From NCBI GenBank assembly GCA_965223415.1, contig OZ245002.1, positions 736,001 through 800,000 on the forward strand: a stretch of DNA of 64,000 nucleotides. Direction: 5' to 3'. Position numbers and translations under genes: made by a program. Below, piece by piece: positions 47,766 to 56,590 of this stretch; the stretch's first letter is position 1; the number at the start of each line of letters is the position of its first letter. The stretch comes from Myxococcota bacterium. GTDB taxonomy: Bacteria > Myxococcota_A > UBA9160 > UBA6930. The notes beneath the pieces are model-generated. The model did no database searches, had not been told where the DNA came from, and saw nothing but the letters and a program-made list of their open reading frames with translations.

Positions 47766-47782
47766 TGGCACGCGGTGTGCCA
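47766..47782 (-). promoter_or_regulatory. Putative sigma-54 promoter for the acyl-CoA dehydrogenase pair; also palindromic
   Basis: Minus strand TGGCACACCGCGTGCCA (GG-N10-GC), 30 nt upstream of the TTG. Confidence 0.5.
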
Positions 47783-47786
47783 GACC

Positions 47787-48449
47787 CTAGCCCGTTCGGA
47801 CGGCCTTCGCGTAGGCGGCCAGGGCTTCCCGCGCCGGGGCCTCGGCCACGCCGGGCTCGTCCAGCACCGCCTCCAGCCACTCGGGCCGGTCGGCACAGGC
47901 GACGCTGATGGGCTCGTCCAGCCCAGAGAGCTGGGCCGCCTGGCGCACGAAGGCGGTGGCGTAGTCCGGCGGGCGGACGTCCCGGGCCAGCTCGGCCAGG
48001 GCGAAGGGATCCGGCGGAGCGGCGCCGGACGGGTCCGGGAACACCAGCGAGGAGGAGCCGGGCTCCCGGCCGCCCCCCGCCAGGCCGAGGCCGTCGCACA
48101 CGACGGCGCCGCGCACCTTCTTCGGCTGGGCGCCGGCCAGGAGCAGGGCCACGTAGCCGCCCAGCCCGCGTCCCATCAGCGTGGCCTCGCCCAGGTGGTT
48201 CAGCGCCGTGTCGGCATCACCCATCAGCACCTCGGCGCTGTAGCCGCCGCCGCTCGGAATGGTGCTGTCGCCGTGCCCCGTGAAGTCGAGGGCGTGGATC
48301 CCCCCGGGCCACCCCTGCGCCTCCTCGGGCACCTCGGTCGGCGAGCGCTCGCCGAGACCGTGCAGCAGGAGGAGCGGCGGACCGGCACCGGACCGCAGCG
48401 TGTGCAGCGCCAGCTCCACGTGGACGTGCCGGAGGCGGACGGCGCTCAT
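47787..48449 (-). CDS. Alpha/beta hydrolase-fold protein lacking the nucleophile Ser
   Basis: LLHGLG and DFTGHGDS present; the elbow reads GRGLGG. Confidence 0.8.
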   Translation of the reverse strand: MSAVRLRHVHVELALHTLRSGAGPPLLLLHGLGERSPTEVPEEAQGWPGGIHALDFTGHGDSTIPSGGGYSAEVLMGDADTALNHLGEATLMGRGLGGYVALLLAGAQPKKVRGAVVCDGLGLAGGGREPGSSSLVFPDPSGAAPPDPFALAELARDVRPPDYATAFVRQAAQLSGLDEPISVACADRPEWLEAVLDEPGVAEAPAREALAAYAKAVRTG

Positions 48450-49387
48450 GACAGGTACTCGAGCACGGCCTTCGCCACCCGCTCGGGCTGCTCGATGTGC
48501 ACGAAGTGCCCCGTGTCCTCGAAGGTGAGGAGCTCCGAATCCCGCGGCAGATAGGGCGTCGCCGCGGTGGCGGTCGTGCCCCAGCCCATCGGCTCCTCCT
48601 GCAGGCCGAGGATCGCGAGCATCGGCACCGGCAGGGCGACCATGCGGCGCAGAGACCAGACCGCCCGCCAGGGGCCGAAGCCCCCCGGGCGCAGCGCGGG
48701 ATCGATCTTCCAGCGCCAGCCGTCCTCGTCCCGCCGCGCACCGACGGTGACGAGGTAGCGCAGCCAGTCGAGGGAGAGGCGCGGGTTCATCTTCGCGCGG
48801 CGCCGCGCGAGCCCGTCGATCGTGTCCGGCCGGCGCACCTTCGTGCCAGCACGCGCGCGGTGCTCGAGCCAGCCGGTGAGCTCGGTGGCGAGGAGCTTCG
48901 TGCGGTCGTGATCGGCCACGTCAGGCGGGTTCTTCTGCGACGGAATGCCGTCGATGTTCACGAACCGACGAATGCGATGGGGCACGGCCTGGATCAGGTG
49001 GGTGGCGATGCCACCGCCCTTCGAGTGGCCCAGCACTGGGATCGGGTCCGGACCGATCGAGTCGAGCACCGCCAGCATGTCCCGCACGTCGGCATCCCAG
49101 CTGTAGAGGGCCGCGTGGTCGGAATCGCCGTGGCCGCGCTGGTCCCAGGCGACCACCCGGTGGCCGGCGTCGGCCAGGAGCGGGGCGAAGACGTCGAAGG
49201 TGCCAGCGAAGTCGAAGCCACCGTGGGCGAGGAGGATCGGCTCCGCCGTCTCGCTACCCCACTCCCAGACGGCCAGCTCGAGGCCATGGCTCACGACGCT
49301 CCGGCGCCGGTCGGGCCGGCGCGCGCCGGGGAAGGCGCGGGCGCGGGCCAGCGCGTCGTCGTCGGAAGCGGGGGCGGCGTCGTTCAC
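48446..49387 (-). CDS. Alpha/beta hydrolase
   Basis: AHGG, DQRGHGDS, GHSKGG, GHFVH; GTG start after AGGAG. Confidence 0.88.
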   Translation of the reverse strand: MNDAAPASDDDALARARAFPGARRPDRRRSVVSHGLELAVWEWGSETAEPILLAHGGFDFAGTFDVFAPLLADAGHRVVAWDQRGHGDSDHAALYSWDADVRDMLAVLDSIGPDPIPVLGHSKGGGIATHLIQAVPHRIRRFVNIDGIPSQKNPPDVADHDRTKLLATELTGWLEHRARAGTKVRRPDTIDGLARRRAKMNPRLSLDWLRYLVTVGARRDEDGWRWKIDPALRPGGFGPWRAVWSLRRMVALPVPMLAILGLQEEPMGWGTTATAATPYLPRDSELLTFEDTGHFVHIEQPERVAKAVLEYLS

Positions 49388-49498
49388 GGGGCGGGGCTCC
49401 TGGGGCGCGGGAGCAGGGTAACGGCCGCGCTGGAGGCTTCCAGCGGAAGGGCCGACGGGCTCGAGTCGGTGCCCCGGACGGCCGAAACCGCAGGGGTC

Positions 49499-50797
49499 AT
49501 GGACCGCCTGCTCGATCTCCCCCCGGACGCCCTGGCCCGCGAGCTGAAGCGCCTCGGTACCGGCCGGGCCTGGTGGGCTCGCGAGGGCGACCGCCTGCGC
49601 GCCTCCCACGAGGCCCTGCTCGAGATCACCGGCTTCCTCCAAGAGGGCGTCGGCGGCGCGCGCGGACACGAAGCGGTGTTCCTGGCCGTCGGGCCCGAGA
49701 GCGGCGCCTTGTTCGGGGCCTTCCTGCACGCGACGGCTCGGGGCCAGGCCCAGGGCGGCCTGCGACGCTGGCCCTACCCGGACCTGGCCGCCTTCCTGCG
49801 TGACGGCCTGCGCCTCTCCTGGGGCATGTCGCGCAAGAACGCCCTGGCCGGCCTGTGGTGGGGCGGCGGCAAGGGCCTGATCGCCGGCAGCGAGAGCCCG
49901 CCGGACGACCATTCGCGCCGCATCCTCTACCGGGAATACGGCGACTTCGTGAGCTCCCTTGGCGGCTGCTACGTCACGGCCGAGGACGCCGGAACCCGCC
50001 CCCAGGACGTGGCGACGGTCTTCGAGCGAACCCGCTTCGTCACCTGCGTGCCGGCGGATCGCGGCGGCGCCGGGAACCCGGGCCCGGCCACCGCCGCCGG
50101 CGTGGTGTGCGGCATGGAGGCGGCCCTCGAAGCCTGCGGCCTCGACGGCCTGCCCGGACGACACGTGGCCATGCAGGGCCTCGGCAACGTCGGCACCGCG
50201 ATGGTCGACCTGCTGCTCGCCCGCGGCGTCCGCTCCGTCGTGGCCAGCGAGATCTCCGCCACCCGCTGCGGCGAGCTCGCCGAACGCTGGCGGGACGCTC
50301 CGGTCGAGGTGCGCCTCGCCCACCCGGACGATACGGACCCGCTCCTGGAGCCCTGCGACGTGCTCGTCCCGAACGCCCTCGGCGGCGTGATCGGTCCCGA
50401 GCTGATTCCGAGGCTCCAGACCCGCATGATCTGCGGCGCTGCCAACAACCCGTTGGTTCGCGAGGACCGGGACGGAACGGCCCTGATGGAGCGCGGCATC
50501 GTCTACATGCCGGACTTCGTCGTCAACCGGATGGGCATCGTCAGCGTGGCCAACGAGCAGTACGGCCGGCTCGAAGGGGATTCCGCCGTCCTGCGCCATC
50601 TGGACCCCGGCTGGGAGCACGGCATTCCGGCGGTGACCAAGCGCGTCCTCTCCCTGGCCCGGGACGCCGGGATCTCTCCCGTCGAGGCCGCGAACCGGCT
50701 GGCCGAGAGCCGCTGGCACGAGCCCCACCCCCTCTTCCCCGGTCGAACCGGGGCGATCATCCAGGGCCTGGTTCGCAGCGGATGGGAGCGAGGTTAG
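49499..50797 (+). CDS. Glu/Leu/Phe/Val dehydrogenase family protein
   Basis: GGLR, MSRK, GGGKG, AEDAG, QGLGNVG, GAANN, PDFVVN. Confidence 0.9.
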   Translation: MDRLLDLPPDALARELKRLGTGRAWWAREGDRLRASHEALLEITGFLQEGVGGARGHEAVFLAVGPESGALFGAFLHATARGQAQGGLRRWPYPDLAAFLRDGLRLSWGMSRKNALAGLWWGGGKGLIAGSESPPDDHSRRILYREYGDFVSSLGGCYVTAEDAGTRPQDVATVFERTRFVTCVPADRGGAGNPGPATAAGVVCGMEAALEACGLDGLPGRHVAMQGLGNVGTAMVDLLLARGVRSVVASEISATRCGELAERWRDAPVEVRLAHPDDTDPLLEPCDVLVPNALGGVIGPELIPRLQTRMICGAANNPLVREDRDGTALMERGIVYMPDFVVNRMGIVSVANEQYGRLEGDSAVLRHLDPGWEHGIPAVTKRVLSLARDAGISPVEAANRLAESRWHEPHPLFPGRTGAIIQGLVRSGWERG

Positions 50798-50837
50798 GCG
50801 GAGCCGCGATACACTTCGCGCCGAAGGAGCGCCCCCC

Positions 50838-52124
50838 GTGCTCGTGCCGACCCTTCCTGCCGGACGCCTCACCCAGACCCGGCGGTTCTTCCGCGATCCC
50901 TTCCGACTGGTCGAGGAGGCCCGGGAGAGCTGCGGCAACGTGTTCCGCCTGAGGCTGCTCGGCGTCGGAGACTGGGTGTTCTTCGCTACGCGCACGGGAG
51001 CACAGGAGCTGTTTCGCGCGGATCCGGAGGTCGTCGTCGCCGGCGCATCGAACGCGGCCGCCATCGGCGCCCTGACGGGGACGAACTCGGTGTTCGCGCT
51101 GGACGGCGCCGCCCACGCGGAGCGCCGGGGGCTCGTGCGCCCGCTGCTCGCCGAGGGCCGCGCCCTGGCCTACGCGAACCTCATCGCCACCCTGGCGGAC
51201 CGGCGGGTCTCGTCCTGGTGCGACGCGGGCCCGGTCGACCTGCTGGCGGAGTGCAGAGCTCTGGTCGCGGAGATCGTCGGAGCGATCGTGCTGGGCGACC
51301 CGCGCCACCCCGTGCTCGGGATGGTGCATGCGTTCGGGGAGGCGACGCTGCGCAAGCCGGCCATCGCTCTCGGAGCGGGCGCCGTGAGTGGGGGCCGGAT
51401 CGGTCCGTGGCGCCGTGCCCGCGCGCTCCGTCCCTCCATCGATCGCGCCGTGCTCGCGGAGGCGAACCGCCGCCGGGAGACGCCCGGTGCCGACCTGCTC
51501 TCGGAGCTCGTCTGCGCGCGCGGCTCCGACGGTGAGCCCCTCGGTGACGAAGCCCTCGCGGACGAGACCCTCAACCTGCTGCTGGCCGCGATCGACAGCA
51601 CGAGCCACGCGCTCACGTGGCTGCTCCACTTCGTCGCGGGCCAGGCCGAGATCGCCGAGCAGGTAGTCGACGAGGTGACGCAGGCGAACGATCCGGAGCG
51701 CTGGCAGGACGGCACCCTCCCCGTCCTCGACGGGGCCGTGTGGGAAGCGCTGCGACTGATGCGGGCGGCGCCTTTTGCGGGTGCGCGGGTCACCCAGGCG
51801 CCCTGGCGGTGCCTGGGCTTCGAGGTCCCCACCGGCTGCCGGGTCTCCCCGAGCAGCTACCTGATGGGGCGCGACCCGGCGGTCTACGCCGCCCCGGAGC
51901 GCTTCGATCCCGGTCGCTACAGCCGCGGGGAGCCCACGGTGCTGGTCTTCGGGGGCGGCGCGCGCCTATGTACCGGGCGAGCGGTGGCACTCGCCATCCT
52001 GCGCGGCTGCCTGGCCAGGGCGGTCTCGCGGGCGCGCCTGGCCCGGGATGCGCCGGTTCGGGCGCGGCGTCGGGGCCTCTTCTTCCTCCCCGAAGGCTGC
52101 ATCCTCCGCGCCTCCAAGCCCTGA
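50838..52124 (+). CDS. Cytochrome P450, divergent
   Basis: LLAAIDST I-helix, EALR, PERFDP, FGGGARLCTG. Confidence 0.85.
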   Translation: MLVPTLPAGRLTQTRRFFRDPFRLVEEARESCGNVFRLRLLGVGDWVFFATRTGAQELFRADPEVVVAGASNAAAIGALTGTNSVFALDGAAHAERRGLVRPLLAEGRALAYANLIATLADRRVSSWCDAGPVDLLAECRALVAEIVGAIVLGDPRHPVLGMVHAFGEATLRKPAIALGAGAVSGGRIGPWRRARALRPSIDRAVLAEANRRRETPGADLLSELVCARGSDGEPLGDEALADETLNLLLAAIDSTSHALTWLLHFVAGQAEIAEQVVDEVTQANDPERWQDGTLPVLDGAVWEALRLMRAAPFAGARVTQAPWRCLGFEVPTGCRVSPSSYLMGRDPAVYAAPERFDPGRYSRGEPTVLVFGGGARLCTGRAVALAILRGCLARAVSRARLARDAPVRARRRGLFFLPEGCILRASKP

Positions 52125-52175
52125 CATTCCCGTACGCGGGTCGTTAGGCTCCTCCTGGGTGAGGGGGGAGAGCGG

Positions 52176-52982
52176 CTGCGACGAAGACACCTCTTCGAGT
52201 TCGGGGACTGGCAACGGCTCCCCCGCTCCCTCCGCCAGGCCATGCAGGAGCTGATGGCCTTCTCGCCGGGCCGCTTCAGGACCTTCGAGCCGGTCGTGGG
52301 CGTGCTGACCGATGCGCTCAAGCGAACGGCCTCGCACCGTGTGCTCGACCTCGGGTCGGGCCGCGGCGGCGCCTGGAGGGAGCTGGCTCACAGCCTCTCC
52401 GACGCCGGCTTCTCGGTGAGCGTCCGGCTCTCGGATCGCAGGCCTCCGGAGCGCGAGAGCCTGGCCCTTCCGCTCACCCACCGTGTCGCGGTGAGCTACG
52501 AGCCCGAGCCGCTCGCGGCTCCGAACGTGCCGACCACGATCGGCGGGCTTCGCACCTGCTTCAACGCCTTCCACCACCTCGATCCAGGCCAGGCGAGCGA
52601 CCTGCTGGCACGGGTCGCGGCGTCCGGCGAGGGCATCGTCATCGTCGAGGTCACGAACCGGAACCTCGCGAGCCTCGCCTGGAACGCGGTGGCCGTTCCG
52701 TTGCTGGTGCTGCTGCTCGCGCCGTTCGTCGGCAGCTGGCGCGTCCTCGCGTGGACGTACCTTGGGGGATTCGCGCTTCCCCTCGCCATGGGCTGGGACG
52801 GCGCCGTCTCCTGTCTTCGGACCTACTCCGCCGACGAGGTGGTCGAGCTCGGCCGGGCGTCAGCGCCCGGCTACACCTGGACCGTGGGGGCGGAGCGCAT
52901 CGGGCGGCTGCCCGTCTCCGTCTCCTGGATCTGCGGACTCCCGCCGGGGGCGAGCGACCCGCGGACGGAAATCCGCCGGTAG
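52176..52982 (+). CDS. Class I SAM-dependent methyltransferase-like protein with a hydrophobic insert; probable CTG start (first ATG 52242)
   Basis: VLDLGSGRGG, FNAFHH, WDGAVSCLRTYS; in-frame upstream extension RRRHLFEFGD after a G/A-rich RBS. Confidence 0.75.
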   Translation: MRRRHLFEFGDWQRLPRSLRQAMQELMAFSPGRFRTFEPVVGVLTDALKRTASHRVLDLGSGRGGAWRELAHSLSDAGFSVSVRLSDRRPPERESLALPLTHRVAVSYEPEPLAAPNVPTTIGGLRTCFNAFHHLDPGQASDLLARVAASGEGIVIVEVTNRNLASLAWNAVAVPLLVLLLAPFVGSWRVLAWTYLGGFALPLAMGWDGAVSCLRTYSADEVVELGRASAPGYTWTVGAERIGRLPVSVSWICGLPPGASDPRTEIRR

Positions 52983-53867
52983 CGGCGCCTCGATCGCCGT
53001 CGGGCGCGCATCGCCGGGCATCCTGAGCGACACCTCCCGCGCGTGGAGGAGCGCGCGGTCGAAGCGACCGCCCTCAGCCCCGTAGAGCTCGTCCCCCAGG
53101 ATGGGGTGGCCCAGGGCCGCCAGGTGAACGCGGATCTGATGGGTGCGACCCGTGATCGGCCGGGCCTCGACCCGGGCGTCCTCGTCCCGGCGCTCGCAGA
53201 CCCGCACCCGCGTCTCACTCCACCGGCCGCCACTCCCAGGTGCTCCAGCCAGGGCGAACCGAAGCCGGTGCGAATCCGGGGCACGGCTCATCCAGCCGCC
53301 GACCCGGCAGCCCGTCCAGGCCGGCACCGGGGCCACCCAGGCGAGGTAGCGCTTGCGCACCCGCCTGGCGGCGAGCGCGCGCTGGGCGTGGCGCGCGGCG
53401 TCGCGGGTGCGGGCGAAGAGGACCACACCGCTGGTCTGCCGGTCGAGGCGGTGCACGGCGATCAGCTCCGCGCTTCCCAGGAGCTCGCGCAGCAGGAGCT
53501 CCAGGGAGCCGCGGGCCGACGCCCGAGTCCGCTGGGTCGGGAGCCAGGCCGGCTTGTCCACCGCCACCAGGCCCGCGCGGTCGAGCAGCACCGAGCCGGG
53601 CCCGATGCCGGGCAGCTCGGGCTCCCAGGCGAAGCCCCAGCCGACCACCTGGCAGCCGGCGGGAAGCGAATCCGGCGGATGGTCCGGCTCCAGGGGGCGC
53701 CCGCCCAGGCGCAGGCCCCCGTGCCACAGCACCCGTTCGAACGCCTCGGGGCCCGGAATCCAGCGGGCCCGGCCCTCGGCAACGAAGTCCCGCCAGCTGT
53801 GCTTGCTCGCCAGCACCCACGCCTGGCGATGGAGAGGCGGATCGGCCGGGTGGGATCGGTCACTCAT
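52860..53867 (-). CDS. RluA family pseudouridine synthase
   Basis: VDKP, HRLDRQTSG, TGRTHQIRVH, GHPILGD. Confidence 0.9.
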   Translation of the reverse strand: MSDRSHPADPPLHRQAWVLASKHSWRDFVAEGRARWIPGPEAFERVLWHGGLRLGGRPLEPDHPPDSLPAGCQVVGWGFAWEPELPGIGPGSVLLDRAGLVAVDKPAWLPTQRTRASARGSLELLLRELLGSAELIAVHRLDRQTSGVVLFARTRDAARHAQRALAARRVRKRYLAWVAPVPAWTGCRVGGWMSRAPDSHRLRFALAGAPGSGGRWSETRVRVCERRDEDARVEARPITGRTHQIRVHLAALGHPILGDELYGAEGGRFDRALLHAREVSLRMPGDARPTAIEAPLPADFRPRVARPRRESADPGDGDGQPPDALRPHGPGVAGR

Positions 53868-54001
53868 GGGATACGGGGCGATTGGACCGGCCTCGCAGCG
53901 GATTCGCAAGCCCGGCGTCCCGGAATCGCCGGGCGGTGGCTGCGACGGCGCGAGAATTTCGCGAAGCTGCACGACTCCCTCTGGAGTAGGAGACGACGAG
54001 C

Positions 54002-55027
54002 ATGCGCCTGACGATGATGGGAATGTGGATGGGGATCGGCCTCTGCCTGGTCTCGGCAGTCTTCGCGACGGCGACCGCCGCCGAAACGCCCGATGCCTCC
54101 GCCCTGCGGGAACGTGTGGGCGCCGCCTTCGGAGCCTTGCCGAAGGAGGTCCCGAATCCGGCCAACCGGGTGACCGAGGCGAAGATCACCCTCGGCCGGC
54201 TCCTCTACTACGACGAACGGCTCTCCCTCGCCGACGACATCAGCTGCAACTCCTGCCACCAGCTCGACCGCTTCGGCGTCGACGGCGAGCCCACCTCTCC
54301 GGGCCACGAAGGCCAGCGCGGCGACCGCAACTCGCCGACGGTCTACAATGCCGCCCTCCACGTCGCCCAGTTCTGGGACGGCCGCGAGCCGGACGTGGAG
54401 GCCCAAGCCAAGGGCCCGATCCTGAATCCGATCGAGATGGCGATGCCCTCCGACGCCGCCGTCATCGAGAAGCTGCGCGGCATCCCCGGCTACGCGCCGC
54501 TCTTCGCCGCGGCCTTTCCGGACGACAACGACCCGCTCAGCTACGACAACCTGGCACGGGCCATCGGCGCCTTCGAGCGCAGGCTCAGCACGCCGGGCCC
54601 CTTCGACGCCTTCCTCGCCGGCGACGACGCCGCTCTGGACGAGACCCAGCTGCGCGGTCTCGCCGCCTTCTTCGACACCGGCTGCACCACCTGCCACTCC
54701 GGCGCCGCTCTCGGCGGCGGCATGTTCCAGAAGCTCGGCCTGGTCCACCCCTACGAGACCGAGGACACCGGTCGCATGAAGGTCACGGGCAACGAGGCCG
54801 AGAAGCACTTCTTCAAGGTCCCCTCCCTGCGCAACATCGAGAAGACCGGCCCGTGGTTCCACGACGGCAGCATCAGCGACCTCTCGGAGGCGGTGCGGCT
54901 GATGGCCTGGCACCAGCTCGGCGTCGAGCTCGACGCGGCGGCCACGGCCGACATCATCGCCTTCCTCGGCGCCCTGACCGGCGAGGTGGACGCGGCGTAC
55001 ACGAAGGAGCCGGAGCCCGTCCAGTAA
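54002..55027 (+). CDS. Diheme cytochrome c peroxidase (CcpA/MauG family)
   Basis: Signal peptide; CNSCH and CTTCH; QFWDGR; FKVPSLRN; FHDG. Confidence 0.93.
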   Translation: MRLTMMGMWMGIGLCLVSAVFATATAAETPDASALRERVGAAFGALPKEVPNPANRVTEAKITLGRLLYYDERLSLADDISCNSCHQLDRFGVDGEPTSPGHEGQRGDRNSPTVYNAALHVAQFWDGREPDVEAQAKGPILNPIEMAMPSDAAVIEKLRGIPGYAPLFAAAFPDDNDPLSYDNLARAIGAFERRLSTPGPFDAFLAGDDAALDETQLRGLAAFFDTGCTTCHSGAALGGGMFQKLGLVHPYETEDTGRMKVTGNEAEKHFFKVPSLRNIEKTGPWFHDGSISDLSEAVRLMAWHQLGVELDAAATADIIAFLGALTGEVDAAYTKEPEPVQ

Positions 55028-55066
55028 CGCGTCCCGCGTTCGGCCGACGCTGCGCGCCACCCAGAC

Positions 55067-55882
55067 ATGACGACTCGGCTACCGCAAGAGGAGCTGATCA
55101 GCGCGGTCCGGACCCGGTCGAAGAGCGACGAACGGGTCCTCGCGGTGCTGATGTACGGGTCATTCGCGAAGGGCGAAGGCGATCGGTTCTCCGACGTGGA
55201 GTTCTACGTGTTCGTCGCCGACGACGAGCTGAGCTCCCTCGATCGGCATGCATGGGTGTCCTCGATCGCACCGGTGTCCGCCTTCTTCGTGAACGAGTTC
55301 GGAACCGACGTCGCGATATTCGAGAACCTGGTCCGGGGCGAGTTCCACTTCGAGCCCCATGGCAGCGTCGGCCGGGTGCGGGGCTGGACCTCCATCGAGT
55401 CCCTCGGCTCGGCGAAGGAAATGCTGGTTCTCGATCAGAGGGGAGAGCTCACTTCGGCACTGGGCGATCGGCATCGAACGAGCCCGTCACGGGATCTGGT
55501 TCAGGAACTCTACGACCGCTTCCTCAACTGGTACCTGCTCGGCTGCAACGTCCTCCGGCGGGGCGAACGAGCGCGCGCCCTCGACGCGCTCGGCCGAGCC
55601 CATGTCTTCCTGCTCCAGCTCGCCCGGATCCGCGAGGGCGCCCTCGAACACTGGCTGACGCCGAGCCGGAATTTGGAGCACGAGCTCAGTCGGCCAGGCT
55701 ACGAGGCCTACTGCTCGTGCACCGCCTCCCTGGCAGCGGATTCGCTGACGGCCGGTTACGGGAACGCTTGGCAGTGGTCCCGGGAGCTGATGGCGGACCT
55801 GTCGCCTTCCTGGAACGTCGACTCGCGGCACGCACTCGTCGAGAGCATCGAGGCCAGCCTGCCGAGCTGGCTGTCCGGCTAG
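55067..55882 (+). CDS. lnu: Lincosamide nucleotidyltransferase-like protein (LnuB/LnuF type)
   Basis: MYGSFAKGEGDRFSDVEFY, NEFGT, FENLVRGEFHF, NVLRRGE.ARAL, LLQL, RNLE match LinB/LnuF blocks as I recall them. Confidence 0.82.
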   Translation: MTTRLPQEELISAVRTRSKSDERVLAVLMYGSFAKGEGDRFSDVEFYVFVADDELSSLDRHAWVSSIAPVSAFFVNEFGTDVAIFENLVRGEFHFEPHGSVGRVRGWTSIESLGSAKEMLVLDQRGELTSALGDRHRTSPSRDLVQELYDRFLNWYLLGCNVLRRGERARALDALGRAHVFLLQLARIREGALEHWLTPSRNLEHELSRPGYEAYCSCTASLAADSLTAGYGNAWQWSRELMADLSPSWNVDSRHALVESIEASLPSWLSG

Positions 55883-55897
55883 CCGGACTCCCCGGCC

Positions 55898-56590
55898 CTA
55901 CCGTTCCCCCCGCCGCTGCTCGTTCACCAACGTGTGCGCCCGCCGCGTCGCCTCCGGCAGGCGGAATCGGGGCGCGCCGCCGAGGACGATGCGGCACGCG
56001 GTCTCGAGGGAGACGCGATGGCCGATCGAGACGAACACGGGCTTCACGCCGGTTCGCGTCCGCAGCACCCGCCCGACCACCTCCCCCTCGTGGCGCAGCT
56101 GTACGGCGGCGCCGCGGCGGGGACCAGGCTCTCGATGCTCGCCGACGAGGAGGCTCTTGGCACAACCGAGGGTGGGCCGGTCGAGCACGACGCCGAGATG
56201 ACAGGCCAATCCGAAGCGGCGCGGGTGGGCCAGGCCATGGCCGTCGCACACGATCACGTCCGGGAGGGTTCGCAGCTTCTCGAAGGCGGCGAGCAGCGGT
56301 GGGATCTCGCGGAAGGAGAGGGTTCCCGGCACGTAGGGGAAGCGGACCTCGTGGCTGACGGCCACCTCCTCCACGGGCTCGAGGCTGGCGGCGTCCAGGA
56401 CGGCGACCCCCGCGTGCAGCAGGGGGCTCCGCTTGTCGAAGGACACGTCCACGCCGGCCACGGTGCGGGGCGCGGCGACGCCGGGGGCGTCCTCGCGGAC
56501 GACCCGGTCGCGCAGGCGCTCCTGGATCGCCCGAGCCGCGGGGACGTCCACGTCCCATGCGTGCCGCAGCCTGGGTCGGAGGCCGCTCAG
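55898..56590 (-). CDS. nfi: Endonuclease V; probable CTG start overlapping the sucA stop
   Basis: GVDVS, FPYVPGTLSFRE, DGHGLAHPRRFGLACH, GCAKS, VSIGH, RLPE. Confidence 0.92.
   Translation of the reverse strand: MSGLRPRLRHAWDVDVPAARAIQERLRDRVVREDAPGVAAPRTVAGVDVSFDKRSPLLHAGVAVLDAASLEPVEEVAVSHEVRFPYVPGTLSFREIPPLLAAFEKLRTLPDVIVCDGHGLAHPRRFGLACHLGVVLDRPTLGCAKSLLVGEHREPGPRRGAAVQLRHEGEVVGRVLRTRTGVKPVFVSIGHRVSLETACRIVLGGAPRFRLPEATRRAHTLVNEQRRGER

Noticed and set aside
52119..52149. GTTAGGC integron core-like sites at 50793, 52143 and 4116
   Set aside because: Two simply contain upstream stop codons. The 52143 hairpin is about 30 nt, too short for attC, and no integrase is present.
55021..55900. lnu-like gene as an integron cassette
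   Set aside because: Flanks show only short hairpins; no RYYYAAC...GTTRRRY attC structure.
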